Both the position numbers and the translations under genes were made by a program. Below are positions 10,901 to 18,461 of a stretch of 64,000 nucleotides of DNA, in pieces. The notes beneath the pieces are model-generated. The model was not told the DNA's origin, ran no database searches, and worked only from the letters and a program-made list of their open reading frames with translations. This DNA comes from Candidatus Latescibacterota bacterium (GTDB lineage: Bacteria; Latescibacterota; UBA2968; GCA-2709665): positions 3,776,001 to 3,840,000 of the forward strand of contig OZ244744.1 in the NCBI GenBank assembly GCA_965219455.1, given 5' to 3'. How positions within the stretch are numbered: position 1 is the stretch's first letter; the number at the start of each line of letters is the position of its first letter.

Positions 10901-11043
10901 ACGGCATCGTGAACTTCGCCGACTTCTTCGACTTCGTGGACGCATTCGGCACGACGGACGCCAAATTTGACCTCGACGGCAGCGGCACGGTGGACTTCGC
11001 CGATTTCTTCGACTTCGTGGATGCATTCGGGACGTCGGGATAG
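4981..11043 (+). CDS. Large secreted adhesin-like protein: 12x 107-aa Ig-like repeats + cadherin + YWTD propeller + plant-type LRR + C-terminal dockerin-like (class A)
   Basis: Signal peptide ending GYAQ; cadherin motif (NQVPTF...AENT...VGATDSDG...YDYE...VRVSDG); six YWTD; LRRs GxIPAELGxLxxLxxLxLxxNxL; terminal DFNGDGIVNFADF...DLDGSGTVDFADF. Confidence 0.88.
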   Translation: MKWPITNRQFVLMSLVVVLMAFAMPGLGYAQGNSPSVTASTASPLTEGSLDGSVVTLTLSGGAYASSIFDVRRGVSVSGIPGVSVGTFGITRVNDTKLTIELDFNGDFDEDETLTFTVGAGAIANYSGAALTAELSVSAAIESVTASTTSPLTEATLDGSVVTLTLAGRAYASSIFDVRDGVSVSGIAGVSVGTFGVTRLSDTKVTVELDFNGDIDSDGTLTFTVGADAIADYNGAALTAELSVSAGMESVTASTTSPLTESTLHGSVVTLTLSGGRYASSIFDVRDGVSVSGIAGVSVGTFGVQRVSDTKVTVELDFNGDIDSNGTLTFTVGADAIANYSGPALTDQLPVTASMESVTATTASPLTEGTLNGSVVTLTLSGGRYASSIFDVRDGVSVSGVAGVSVGTFGVTRLSDTKVRVELTFNGDIDSNGTLTFTVGADAIANYSGPALTDQLPVTASMESVTATTVSPLTEGTLNGSVVTLTLSGARYASSIFDVRDGVSVSGVAGVSVGTFGVTRLSDTKVRVELTFNGDIDSNGTLTFTVGADALANYSGPALTDQLPVTASMESVTATTVSPLTEGTLNGSVVTLTLSGGRYASSIFDVRDGVSVSGVAGVSVGTFGVRRVSDTKVTVELTFNGDIDSNGTLTFTVGADALANYSGPALTDQLPVTASMESVTATTVSPLTEGTLDGSVVTLTLSGARYASSIFDVRDGVSVSGVAGVSVGTFGVQRVSDTKVTVELDFNGDIDSNGTLTFTVGADALANYSGPALTDQLPVTASMESVTATTTSPLTEGTLDGSVVTLTLSGAKYARSTFDVRDGVSVSGVAGVSVGTFGVQRVSDTKVTVELTFNGDIDSNGTLTFTVGADALANYSGPALTDQVSVTALEETVVATTPQSLTEATLNGSVVTLTLSGRSYASSIFDVRRAVTVSGIMGVSVGTFGIQRASDTKVTVTLTYNGDIDADGTLTFTVGAGAISNYSGAALTAQLPVSAGMESVTATTVSPLTEATLNGSVVTLTLTGGAYESSIHVVRRGVSVSGITGVSVGTFGIQRVSDTKVTVELTFNGDIDADGTLTFTVGAGAIASYSGAALTAQLPVSAGMESVTATTVSPLTEATLNGSVVTLTLSGGAYESSIHVVRRGVSVSGITDVSVEWNGVDRISDTKVTVELSFSGDIDADGSLTFTVGAGAIANYSGPSLTDHVSVTALEETVIATVPQLLTEATLNGSVVTLTLSGCAYVSSTHDVRDGVSVSGIAGVSVGEQNVDRISDTKVTVELSFSGNIDNDGRLTFTVGAGAIANYSGEPLVASLPVTAEAGGGTNQVPTFSAGSHATRSFAENTGAGQNIGSPVGATDSDGGTLTYSLEGTNAASFTLVSTSGQLQTKAGVTYDYEVKNRYEVTVRVSDGQGGSTTIDVTVNLTDVSEPQPNPELYWTDLSEDRIQRADLDGSNVEDLITSGLDGPVGLALDVAAGKMYWTEWERNKIRRANLDGSGAEDLITSGRAPVWLALDVPGGKIYWTDWGRDRIRRADLDGSNVEDLVTTGLNSPAGLVLDVPGGKMYWTDSSEDKIQRANLDGSNVEDLITSGLGSPSGLALDVASGKMYWTDRERGEIRRADLSGANIEDVITRGLNKPYEVDLDLAAGKMYWTDLDTDKIQRANLDGSNVEDLVTRADGLEDPSGLALAVAAAPTPPAPQGPCATGSAVPNPAANPWLVSDCNALLDARDTLAGTATLNWSENTLISTWDGVTLSGTPQRVTNLRLWNESLNGTIPAELSRLTGLKALYLAFNQLTGTIPAELGTMTGLTHLGLMNNRLTGQIPAELRNLTDLRQFALQNNQLTGTIPAWLGSLPQLRILNLQGNRMTGPIPAELGRLSELWQLLIFGNQLTGTIPAELGNLNLLQEVRLDDNQLTGSIPSSFSSLTKLTLLYLAGNTLTGCIPVVLRDVSSNDLDKLNLPDCTGSQGQVTADFNGDGIVNFADFFDFVDAFGTTDAKFDLDGSGTVDFADFFDFVDAFGTSG
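5086..8930 (+). repeat. Twelve tandem 321-bp (107-aa) repeats
   Basis: Unit ESVTATTxSPLTEGTLNGSVVTLTLSGG...NYSGPALT; the period is confirmed by shadow ORFs at 5676/5997/6318/6639/6960/7281/7602. Confidence 0.92.
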
Positions 11044-11160
11044 GCGGGGCCGTTCATGCGATCGGCAGCCGCGGCGCCACGAATCGATGAAGGGATTAAT
11101 GGGACCTGATGACTGTCCGGCCGGCCATACTTAGCGAAATCGAACATCCTGCCGAAGCGT

Positions 11161-11227
11161 GGTCATTGAGCTTGTCGAAATGCCCGCATCACGCAAATCC
11201 TCTGCCAAACCTTCGACAAGCGCAGGG
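11161..11227. repeat. Inverted pair of TGAGCTTGTCGAA-type REP-like palindromic modules
   Basis: cattgagcttgtcgaaatg (11164-11182) faces ccttcgacaagcgcaggg (11210-11227); the same module occurs at ~25168, ~29140 and ~37232. Confidence 0.7.
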
Positions 11228-11521
11228 TGCGCACCAGGCTGTAGGGGTCCATCGGTGAATGCCGCCGCGTTATGCGGGTTCGGGATGTGCCGCCCGGTAG
11301 GCCATACACACAGACAAGCGCTCGTGAGTATCGTTCGCGAGCAGGAGATGCATCGTCGGGCTGGCGCCCGCCACAGGAAGACAGTGCGAGAGCAGGTGTT
11401 ACAGAGGAATCTCAAGGAAAATTCCGCGTCCGATTCCGGCGTCTTGCAGTTTCGGTTGCGGCTGCGCACGGCATGCAACTGAAGAAACAAGAATTCCGGT
11501 TAATCCAATCAGGAGGAAAAA

Positions 11522-11962
11522 ATGAAGGCATATCTGGTATCGGCAATCGCCGTACTGACCCTGTCGGGCTGCATGGTGGCACAGCACCACCGAAGTTCCG
11601 TGAGGGATGATGAAGGCGACCGGATGACAGTTGGAACCGTCCAGAAGGAAATCAGAGTTGGCATGAGTGGCGCCGACGTCGCGCAGGTTCTGGGATCGCC
11701 GAATATCGTCTCGACAGACGACGAGCGGCGTGAAGTCTGGATTTATGACAAGATCTCGACCGAAAAGGCATACTCGTCCAGCACGGCCGGTATTCCTTCT
11801 CTCATTCTTGTGGGCCTGGTCGATGTTTTGGTAGGAGGTGGCAAGATGATGTCAGGGAAATCCGGAGCCGAATCGACGTCACAGAGAACGCTCACCGTGA
11901 TCATAAAATTCGATGAAAACAAAAAGGTGAGAGACTTCGCATATCACACGTCGCGGTTCTGA
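11522..11962 (+). CDS. SmpA/OmlA (BamE-like) outer-membrane lipoprotein
   Basis: AGGAGG RBS; lipobox LSGC; motif IRVGMSxxDVxxVLGSP...EVWIY...LTVIIKFDENKKV. Confidence 0.75.
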   Translation: MKAYLVSAIAVLTLSGCMVAQHHRSSVRDDEGDRMTVGTVQKEIRVGMSGADVAQVLGSPNIVSTDDERREVWIYDKISTEKAYSSSTAGIPSLILVGLVDVLVGGGKMMSGKSGAESTSQRTLTVIIKFDENKKVRDFAYHTSRF

Positions 11963-12024
11963 AACGTACAAACCCTGTATCGAAGCGTCGGTTGTGAAAC
12001 CGCCCAAACAATGGAGGTCACAGG

Positions 12025-12636
12025 ATGATCCTTAAGGGGAATTGTCTCTTTTCACGACTTACCATAATTGTACTCATTTTGACAGGCTGCGCCAGGGGTG
12101 GTCTGCCCGCGCACGTCCTGAAACTGACGCCGGAATCACTGCAAAACCGGGCTTTACAGACAAGAAAATACGACGGGATTTCGGAAGCCGATCTTCTTTC
12201 GGCGTCGACTGGCGTGATTCAGGACCTGGGATTCATCATCGATGAGAGCGAGACAAATCTCGGACTTATCGTTGGCTCAAAAAACAGAGATGCGGATCCT
12301 GACGCAGCGCAGCGTGCAGGACAGGTACTTATCGGGGCGACTACATTCCTGCTTGGTGTGATCGCTGCGGTTGCCTCACGGGACGAAGATGTGTTTGATG
12401 ATATTTTCTATGTTCCCGCTGTTGACGACTATCAGAAGCTGTGGGCTTCCATTGTTATCCGCCCGACGTCGGAAGATAAGGACAAGATACACGTTGTCAG
12501 GGTGACGTTTCAGCGGATTGTCTGGAATACGGACGACGAAATCGCCCGGCTCCAAAGCCTGGATAATCCCGAGATGTATCAGAAGTTCTTCAATCTTCTT
12601 TCAAAATCAGTTCTGTTGGAAGGGCAGGAAATATGA
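12025..12636 (+). CDS. Uncharacterised lipoprotein, QTRxxD/QDLG family, paralogue 1
   Basis: GGAGG RBS; lipobox LTGC; RALQTRKYD...VIQDLGFIIDE...LGLIVG...YQKFFNLLSKSVLLE. Confidence 0.8.
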   Translation: MILKGNCLFSRLTIIVLILTGCARGGLPAHVLKLTPESLQNRALQTRKYDGISEADLLSASTGVIQDLGFIIDESETNLGLIVGSKNRDADPDAAQRAGQVLIGATTFLLGVIAAVASRDEDVFDDIFYVPAVDDYQKLWASIVIRPTSEDKDKIHVVRVTFQRIVWNTDDEIARLQSLDNPEMYQKFFNLLSKSVLLEGQEI

Positions 12637-13082
12637 AAGTATCCTGGAAAATGGCGTTCGCGATTGGCGCATTATTCGCGTATTCCGCGTGCACGTCATC
12701 AAAAGAGCATCTTTTGAAGATGGATGAAAGCCAGGTCAAGCTGAGAAGCATGCAGACCCGTTCATTCGACACCACGGATAAGGAAAGCATGCTCAGAACT
12801 GTAATATCCACGCTTCAGGACCTGGGCTATATCGTGAATGAAGCGAATGAAGTGCTCGGAACGGTTAGCGCACGAACAACTGACATAAAGTATGAGTTGT
12901 TCGAAAAGAAAAAACTCCCTCTTCTGATAACCGTTACGGTTCGTCCAAGGGGCGAAACTCAATTATTGGTACGGGCGAACGCGGAGTTCAATCAGAAAGC
13001 TGTAAAAAACCCATTGGTATATCAGAATTTCTTCAACGTTTTGGAAAAATCGATCTTCCTGACCGCTCACGAGGTTGACTGA
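12633..13082 (+). CDS. Uncharacterised lipoprotein, QTRxxD/QDLG family, paralogue 2
   Basis: ATGA overlap with the previous gene; lipobox-like YSAC; RSMQTRSFDTTD...TLQDLG...YQNFFNVLEKSIFLTAHEVD. Confidence 0.8.
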   Translation: MKVSWKMAFAIGALFAYSACTSSKEHLLKMDESQVKLRSMQTRSFDTTDKESMLRTVISTLQDLGYIVNEANEVLGTVSARTTDIKYELFEKKKLPLLITVTVRPRGETQLLVRANAEFNQKAVKNPLVYQNFFNVLEKSIFLTAHEVD

Positions 13083-13149
13083 GTGGTCGCTATGTCCGCA
13101 TGGTCCACGCCGTACTGATTCAAACGGAATTTATCCGGGAAACGAAAAT

Positions 13150-13575
13150 ATGGGAATTTCCAGGATAGCGTCGGCCGCAATTATCACGACGATATTTGTC
13201 GGGCTGTCAGGATGTGTAGCTCCCAAAAGGCAATTGATGAAAATGGACACAAGTCAACTTAACCTGCGGAGCATGCAGACCCGTGCATTTGACACCACGG
13301 ACGAAAAAAGGGCGCTCCGGAGTGTAATATCCACACTTCAGGATTTCGACTTCCTTATAGATGAAGCAAATAGAGTCCTTGGACTGGTTAGCGCCACAAG
13401 AAGGACCGATTGGGCGCAAATGACGGTAACGGTACGTCCAAAGGGTGAAACACAGGTCGTGGTGCGCGCGAACTTGGAATACAATCGTAAGGGAGTCGAA
13501 GATCCGTCCGCGTATGTAAAGTTCTTCTCTCATCTGGAAAAATCGATGTTTCTGACCGCTCACGAGGTCGATTGA
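13150..13575 (+). CDS. Uncharacterised lipoprotein, QTRxxD/QDLG family, paralogue 3
   Basis: ATG13150 gives a signal peptide with lipobox LSGC; RSMQTRAFDTTD; ends LEKSMFLTAHEVD. Confidence 0.8.
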   Translation: MGISRIASAAIITTIFVGLSGCVAPKRQLMKMDTSQLNLRSMQTRAFDTTDEKRALRSVISTLQDFDFLIDEANRVLGLVSATRRTDWAQMTVTVRPKGETQVVVRANLEYNRKGVEDPSAYVKFFSHLEKSMFLTAHEVD

Positions 13576-13632
13576 ACGAACGTGATCGTCCAGCCATAAC
13601 GACACTGTACGAAATGCCGCGGGTATAGAATT

Positions 13633-14064
13633 ATGAGGAATTTTAGGATATTGGCAACATTGATTGTCGCATTCATCGGGTTTTCGGGCGGCGTGACTTT
13701 GTCTCATGCAAAAAAAACGATAAAGTTAGAGCTGGTTGAAAGTCCATTGAAGATCCGAAGCTTGCAAACCCGTGCTTTCGACACTACGGATGAGAACCGG
13801 ACGTTAAGAGCGATAATTGCCACACTTCAGGATTTCGGCTTCGTCATCAAGAAAGCAGATGAAGAACTCGGGACGATCACTGCCAGGAGAATCGACAGAT
13901 ACTCATTGCGTTTGACGGTAACTGTCCGCCGAAAAGGCAAAACGCAAGTGCTGGTGCGTATGAACGCGTATTACGGTCAACCTGTCAGAGATCCCATAAT
14001 TTACCAGAATTTCTTCGCGTCCCTGGCGAATTCCATGTTTCTCACCGCAAACTCGATCGACTGA
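13633..14064 (+). CDS. Uncharacterised secreted protein, QTRxxD/QDLG family, paralogue 4 (no lipobox Cys)
   Basis: Signal peptide ending SHA; RSLQTRAFDTTD...TLQDFG...YQNFFASLANSMFLTANSID. Confidence 0.8.
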   Translation: MRNFRILATLIVAFIGFSGGVTLSHAKKTIKLELVESPLKIRSLQTRAFDTTDENRTLRAIIATLQDFGFVIKKADEELGTITARRIDRYSLRLTVTVRRKGKTQVLVRMNAYYGQPVRDPIIYQNFFASLANSMFLTANSID

Positions 14065-14231
14065 ATTACCATCTCGCGTGGGACTCATCGACGTCTTCTT
14101 TCCAATTTCCCCGTAGACCCGAATCAAGAAGCGGATTCACGGCGGTTCGTACCGTACCTGGACGTCATCGTCGACGCGGGCTGCAGCATACCCAATTTGC
14201 GGATCGTGTCAGCACAGTCGAGGGGCATTGA

Positions 14232-14956
14232 ATGGAAAACACGATTGGATCGAAGCGCATTGCCCTTCTCGCTCTGCTTTTGAGCGGAGCCTGTGGAAAC
14301 GGTAATAAGGGGGTCGGGCCGAATGAGGCGGACGAGCCGAATCAGGCGCCGAGGGCGGTGGAAAACATCGCCGACGTGGACATGATCCAGGGGGAGGGTG
14401 ACGCTGTGGTGGACGTGTCCCCGTACTTCCGGGACGGGGATGGAGACGAGTTGACGTTCAAAGCGGTGTCTAGTGACACATCGGTAGCGGCTGTTGTGAC
14501 AACCGGTTCGACCGTGACCGTCAAACCCGTATCGTCGGGCAGCGCCGCGGTGACGGTGACGGCCACGGACCCGGGTGGATTGAGCGCCACCCGGCGTTTC
14601 CGGGTGTACGTTGAGGCGCCCGGCCCCCCAATGACCGGACCCTATGAACCGCTGGAATGGATCAGCGTCTCTCCGGGCAGGATCGTGTGGAGGCCCGTCG
14701 CCTCCCTTCCCTTCAGGTGCCTCGGCTGGACGGAGGCAACCGTTAATGGCGTCACGTACAGGATTCACTTTTCTCACTGGCAGAGAAGAGACGGTTCTAC
14801 GCGTCCCTGGACCGACGTCCCGGGCACGAGAAGGGTCCGTCGAATGTGCGGCTACACGCCTACCACATCGGGCGATTACAGACTGGTCATGGAGCTCTCC
14901 ATCGACGGTAAACGGGGACGATACGCGAGTTCAAACGTCATCACCGCGCTATGTGA
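14232..14956 (+). CDS. Lipoprotein with cadherin/Big-like domain and a Cys-containing beta domain; has no in-frame stop and reads through into the next gene
   Basis: Lipobox LSGAC; NQAP...VDVSPYFRDGDGDELTF...VTVTATDPGGL. Protein-like sequence ends near YASSNVITAL; the end coordinate is approximate. Confidence 0.6.
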
Positions 14957-14978
14957 CCGCGGGGAATGTCGATTTTTC

Positions 14979-15156
14979 CAGCTTTATCAGTCCGTTGAAG
15001 AAGTCGCTCTGCAGGCGAGGCCGAGTCATTGTGGCCGAAGACAAGGCGCGCGACCGCGTCGAATCGGGGGATTCGGGGAGGGAGTGCAACGCAGTAATTC
15101 GGCCACAAGGGCCGGACGCAGCCCGGATGGACTTTTTCAACGGGCTGTTAAGGCTG
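14979..15156. mobile_element. MITE-like element with ~27-bp imperfect terminal inverted repeats
   Basis: cagctttatcagtccgttgaagaagtc (14979-15005) versus gactttttcaacgggctgttaaggctg (15130-15156); internal perfect IR ttgtggccgaa/ttcggccacaa and hairpin cgaatc-gggg-gattcg. Confidence 0.75.
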
Positions 15157-15326
15157 TGGTGGGTACCGATTCATTCTGCAAAACTGTCGCATTTTGCGAC
15201 AAAGACGCTGCTTCTCGTCACGAGGCAGGTGACATCCTTCCTGCTCATTACGCTGGATTGAGAACGATTGACGCTGCAGGGCCACAAGATCACCCGGCCG
15301 GAACTTGGTTTAAATTGGAGGTAAGA

Positions 15327-18300
15327 ATGCCCCTCAGGATCTCCGTCCTTCATTCCGCCCTTTTGTCAGCGCTCGTATTTCTGCTCTCGCTCCCGGCCGC
15401 TGTCTATGCCTCTTCCACCGAAATCGACTGGGCGCATTCCTGCCAGGCGTCGGACCATGAGCAGTTAGGGCACGAACTGGCTGCCGGTCCGGCCGCCAAG
15501 CGGCCGGCGGTGTCGGACTCCGGCCAGACGCGCACGTTGCGCCTGATCTATTTCCTGCCGAACGATCGGACGTTCAACCCGGACGTGGTTGACACGATCA
15601 AGGCAAGGGTTCCGAGAATTCAGACTTTTTTTCGCGACCAGATGCAGTCGAACGGCAATGGCAGCAAGACCTTCGAGTATGAAACCGACGAACAGGGCGA
15701 ACCATTGGTTCACCGGGTGGACGCACCTTACTCCGACGCCAGCTATCTCCGTTCTTACCGCATGGTCGGCATTGGCAACGTGTTCAGGGATCTGAGACCG
15801 ACCTTTGATACCGGTAAGGACATCTTCTTCATCGTCGTTGACCACAGTACCTACAACAACCTGGGCTGGGGCAACGTGGCGGGTTTTGGGGGCCGGTGGG
15901 CGGATAACAGCGGCTACGCGCTGCTTCCCGCCAGCTTCATCGTTGAGACGGCCGCGCACGAACTGGGCCATGCCTTCGGCCTGCAGCACGATTTCAACGA
16001 CGGCGCGAACATTATGTCGTATGGACCGGGATGGAACCGCCTGTCGACGTGCAGCGCCGGCCTGCTGTCGGTGCATCCCTATTTCAATCCTGCAATCTCG
16101 GTCAAGGGAGTTCAGTATGGATACGACATGGGGGACTACAATTCGCCGAGCATCGAGCTTATTTCCCCCCTCAGATATCCTGCCGGCGCAACGAGCTTTT
16201 CCGTTCAGTTCAGAGTTACGGCTCGCGGCAGCAGGGGCCTTCACCAGTTGGTGTTCCTGCTCAAGACGAAATCGCCCCACCCGGCCGCGGGATCACAGGA
16301 AGTGAAAACCTGCCAGGTGTTTTCGGGTGAAAATGAGGCTGTCGCCACGTTCAACTACGACGGCGTCATTCCCTCGGAAGGCGTTCCGAGTCTATCCGCC
16401 TCCGTTGCGCACTACGTGGCGGTCCTCGCCGTCGATACCGAGGGGAACGCGAATACCGGCCCCTTTCGTGATACTCATTTCGTATTTGCCGAAGCGTCGG
16501 AACAGCACCTCGCCACGTTATTCAGATATACGCGAGATACGTCCCCGGAGATCTATGGCGCAAAGTTTTCACCGGACGGGACGATCCTCGCTGCGATTTC
16601 GTCCGCGGGGGTCCAGCTATGGGACACAACGACGCGGGCACTTGTCGCCTGGCTCAGCGGGAGCAGTTCTACGCTGGCGTTTTCGCCAGACGGCGCCACC
16701 CTTGCATCCGGGTCGACCAGAGCTAACGAGGCCAATATCAAGCTGTGGAACGTGGCGAACCAGACCCTCATCGCCACGCTGCCGGGGCATACGGGCGGCC
16801 CCACGGGCGTCCATTCGGTGGCGTTCTCCCCCAGCGGGGACACCCTCGCCTCAGGCTCGGGGGACAAGTCGATCAAGCTGTGGGACGTATCCAGCCGGAC
16901 GCTCATCGCTACCCTCACCGGGCATACCAGCCATGTCTTTTCCGTTGCATTCTCATCCGATGGTACGCTCGCGTCCGGTTCGCGCGACGGAACGATCAAG
17001 ATGTGGGACGTAGCGTCGCAAACCAATACCGCAACCCTGGAGGGGAATACCGGCCGCGTCCTCGACGTGGCGTTTTCCCCCGACGGGACCATTCTCGCAT
17101 CCAGCACGGACGGCGCCATGCTGCTGTGGGACGTGGCGGCGCGGGACACGATCGGAACCCTGCAGGGGCACGGAGAGCCGTCGTTCTCGTCCGACGGAAC
17201 GGTCCTGGTCACCGGCGCCGGCCTGGGGGAGGTCCTTCTGTGGAACGTGGCGACCAGGGAAAATATCGCCAGGCTCGGGCATCCGGACCACCAGGAGGAC
17301 ACCTGGGGTTTCGGCGTCAACGGGTTGTTCTCTCCCAACGGATCCCTGCTCGCCACGGTAAGTCTGAACGGAATCGAACTGTGGAACGCGTCCGAGTGGA
17401 CGGGAATATCTCCACCCACCACCGTTCCCGCCCACCCCGACAGCGTCGCGCTGGTTGCGCTTTACAATTCCACAAACGGCGCGAACTGGCAAGGCAAGAC
17501 GAACTGGCTCAGCGACACGTCCATCGGCGAATGGAAGGGCGTGGGAACGAACCTCGGTCGCGTCTACGATCTTACGCTCTGTTGTAATCGACTGAGCGGG
17601 ACGATCCCGGCTGAGTTGGGCAACCTCACCTTCCTGTCGTGGTTGTCTCTCCATAGCAATCAGTTGAGCGGGGAGGTCCCTTCCGAAATAGGGAACCTCT
17701 CCAGCCTCAGATACCTGGAACTCTATCTTAACCAATTGAGTGGACAGCTCCCCTCCGAACTGGGCAGCCTGCCCGAACTGGAGAAACTGTCGCTCCACTA
17801 TAACCAATTTAGCGGACGGATACCCTCCGAACTCGGCAAGCTAACGAACCTTAAAAGCCTGAGTCTCTCCAGTAACCAGTTGACCGGGACGATACCGGCA
17901 GAGTTGGGCGACCTGACCGAACTGACGCGTCTGAGTCTCTCCAGTAACCAGTTAACCGGACCCATTCCCGCGGAGTTGGGCAATCTGACCAATCTGACGA
18001 GCCTGTGGCTTTCAAATAACCAGTTGACAGGGTCCGTACCTGTTGCACTGGAAAACCTGACGAACCTCACGCACCTGTACCTCTCAGGCAACCAGTTGAC
18101 CGGGTGTATACCGGCGGGCCTGCAAGACGTGGCGAACAACGACCTGGACCAGGTCGGTCTGCCCTACTGCGGTGAAACGCCAACGCAGACGCAGGCCGCG
18201 TCAGATTTCAACGGCGATGGGCAGACCGACTTCGTGGATTTCTTCCTCTTTGCCGATGCGTACGGCGGCACCGACCCGAAGTTTGATCTCGATGGCAACG

Positions 18301-18353
18301 GTACGGTGGACTTCGCGGACTTCTTCAAGTTTGTGGACGCGTTCGGATCTTAG
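15327..18353 (+). CDS. Secreted metzincin metalloprotease + WD40 propeller + plant-type LRR + dockerin-like (class A)
   Basis: Has its own GGAGG RBS, ATG15327 and signal peptide (...AAVYA); HELGHAFGLQH plus IMSY Met-turn; GH..WD repeats; LRRs; terminal DFNGDGQTDFVDF module. Confidence 0.85.
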   Translation: MPLRISVLHSALLSALVFLLSLPAAVYASSTEIDWAHSCQASDHEQLGHELAAGPAAKRPAVSDSGQTRTLRLIYFLPNDRTFNPDVVDTIKARVPRIQTFFRDQMQSNGNGSKTFEYETDEQGEPLVHRVDAPYSDASYLRSYRMVGIGNVFRDLRPTFDTGKDIFFIVVDHSTYNNLGWGNVAGFGGRWADNSGYALLPASFIVETAAHELGHAFGLQHDFNDGANIMSYGPGWNRLSTCSAGLLSVHPYFNPAISVKGVQYGYDMGDYNSPSIELISPLRYPAGATSFSVQFRVTARGSRGLHQLVFLLKTKSPHPAAGSQEVKTCQVFSGENEAVATFNYDGVIPSEGVPSLSASVAHYVAVLAVDTEGNANTGPFRDTHFVFAEASEQHLATLFRYTRDTSPEIYGAKFSPDGTILAAISSAGVQLWDTTTRALVAWLSGSSSTLAFSPDGATLASGSTRANEANIKLWNVANQTLIATLPGHTGGPTGVHSVAFSPSGDTLASGSGDKSIKLWDVSSRTLIATLTGHTSHVFSVAFSSDGTLASGSRDGTIKMWDVASQTNTATLEGNTGRVLDVAFSPDGTILASSTDGAMLLWDVAARDTIGTLQGHGEPSFSSDGTVLVTGAGLGEVLLWNVATRENIARLGHPDHQEDTWGFGVNGLFSPNGSLLATVSLNGIELWNASEWTGISPPTTVPAHPDSVALVALYNSTNGANWQGKTNWLSDTSIGEWKGVGTNLGRVYDLTLCCNRLSGTIPAELGNLTFLSWLSLHSNQLSGEVPSEIGNLSSLRYLELYLNQLSGQLPSELGSLPELEKLSLHYNQFSGRIPSELGKLTNLKSLSLSSNQLTGTIPAELGDLTELTRLSLSSNQLTGPIPAELGNLTNLTSLWLSNNQLTGSVPVALENLTNLTHLYLSGNQLTGCIPAGLQDVANNDLDQVGLPYCGETPTQTQAASDFNGDGQTDFVDFFLFADAYGGTDPKFDLDGNGTVDFADFFKFVDAFGS

Positions 18354-18461
18354 GTGCGGGTTACTGTGGACGAGTGTATCAGGTGAAGTGATTGGTCAGC
18401 CCGCCCCTGGAGCAATACCGGCTTTTTTCCCCGCCATCTACCAGGGACGGGTAGCTCAATA

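Noticed and set aside
11131-11610. Small ORFs in the 11.0-11.5 kb spacer
   Set aside because: They overlap REP-like palindromes and have no RBS or recognisable protein features.
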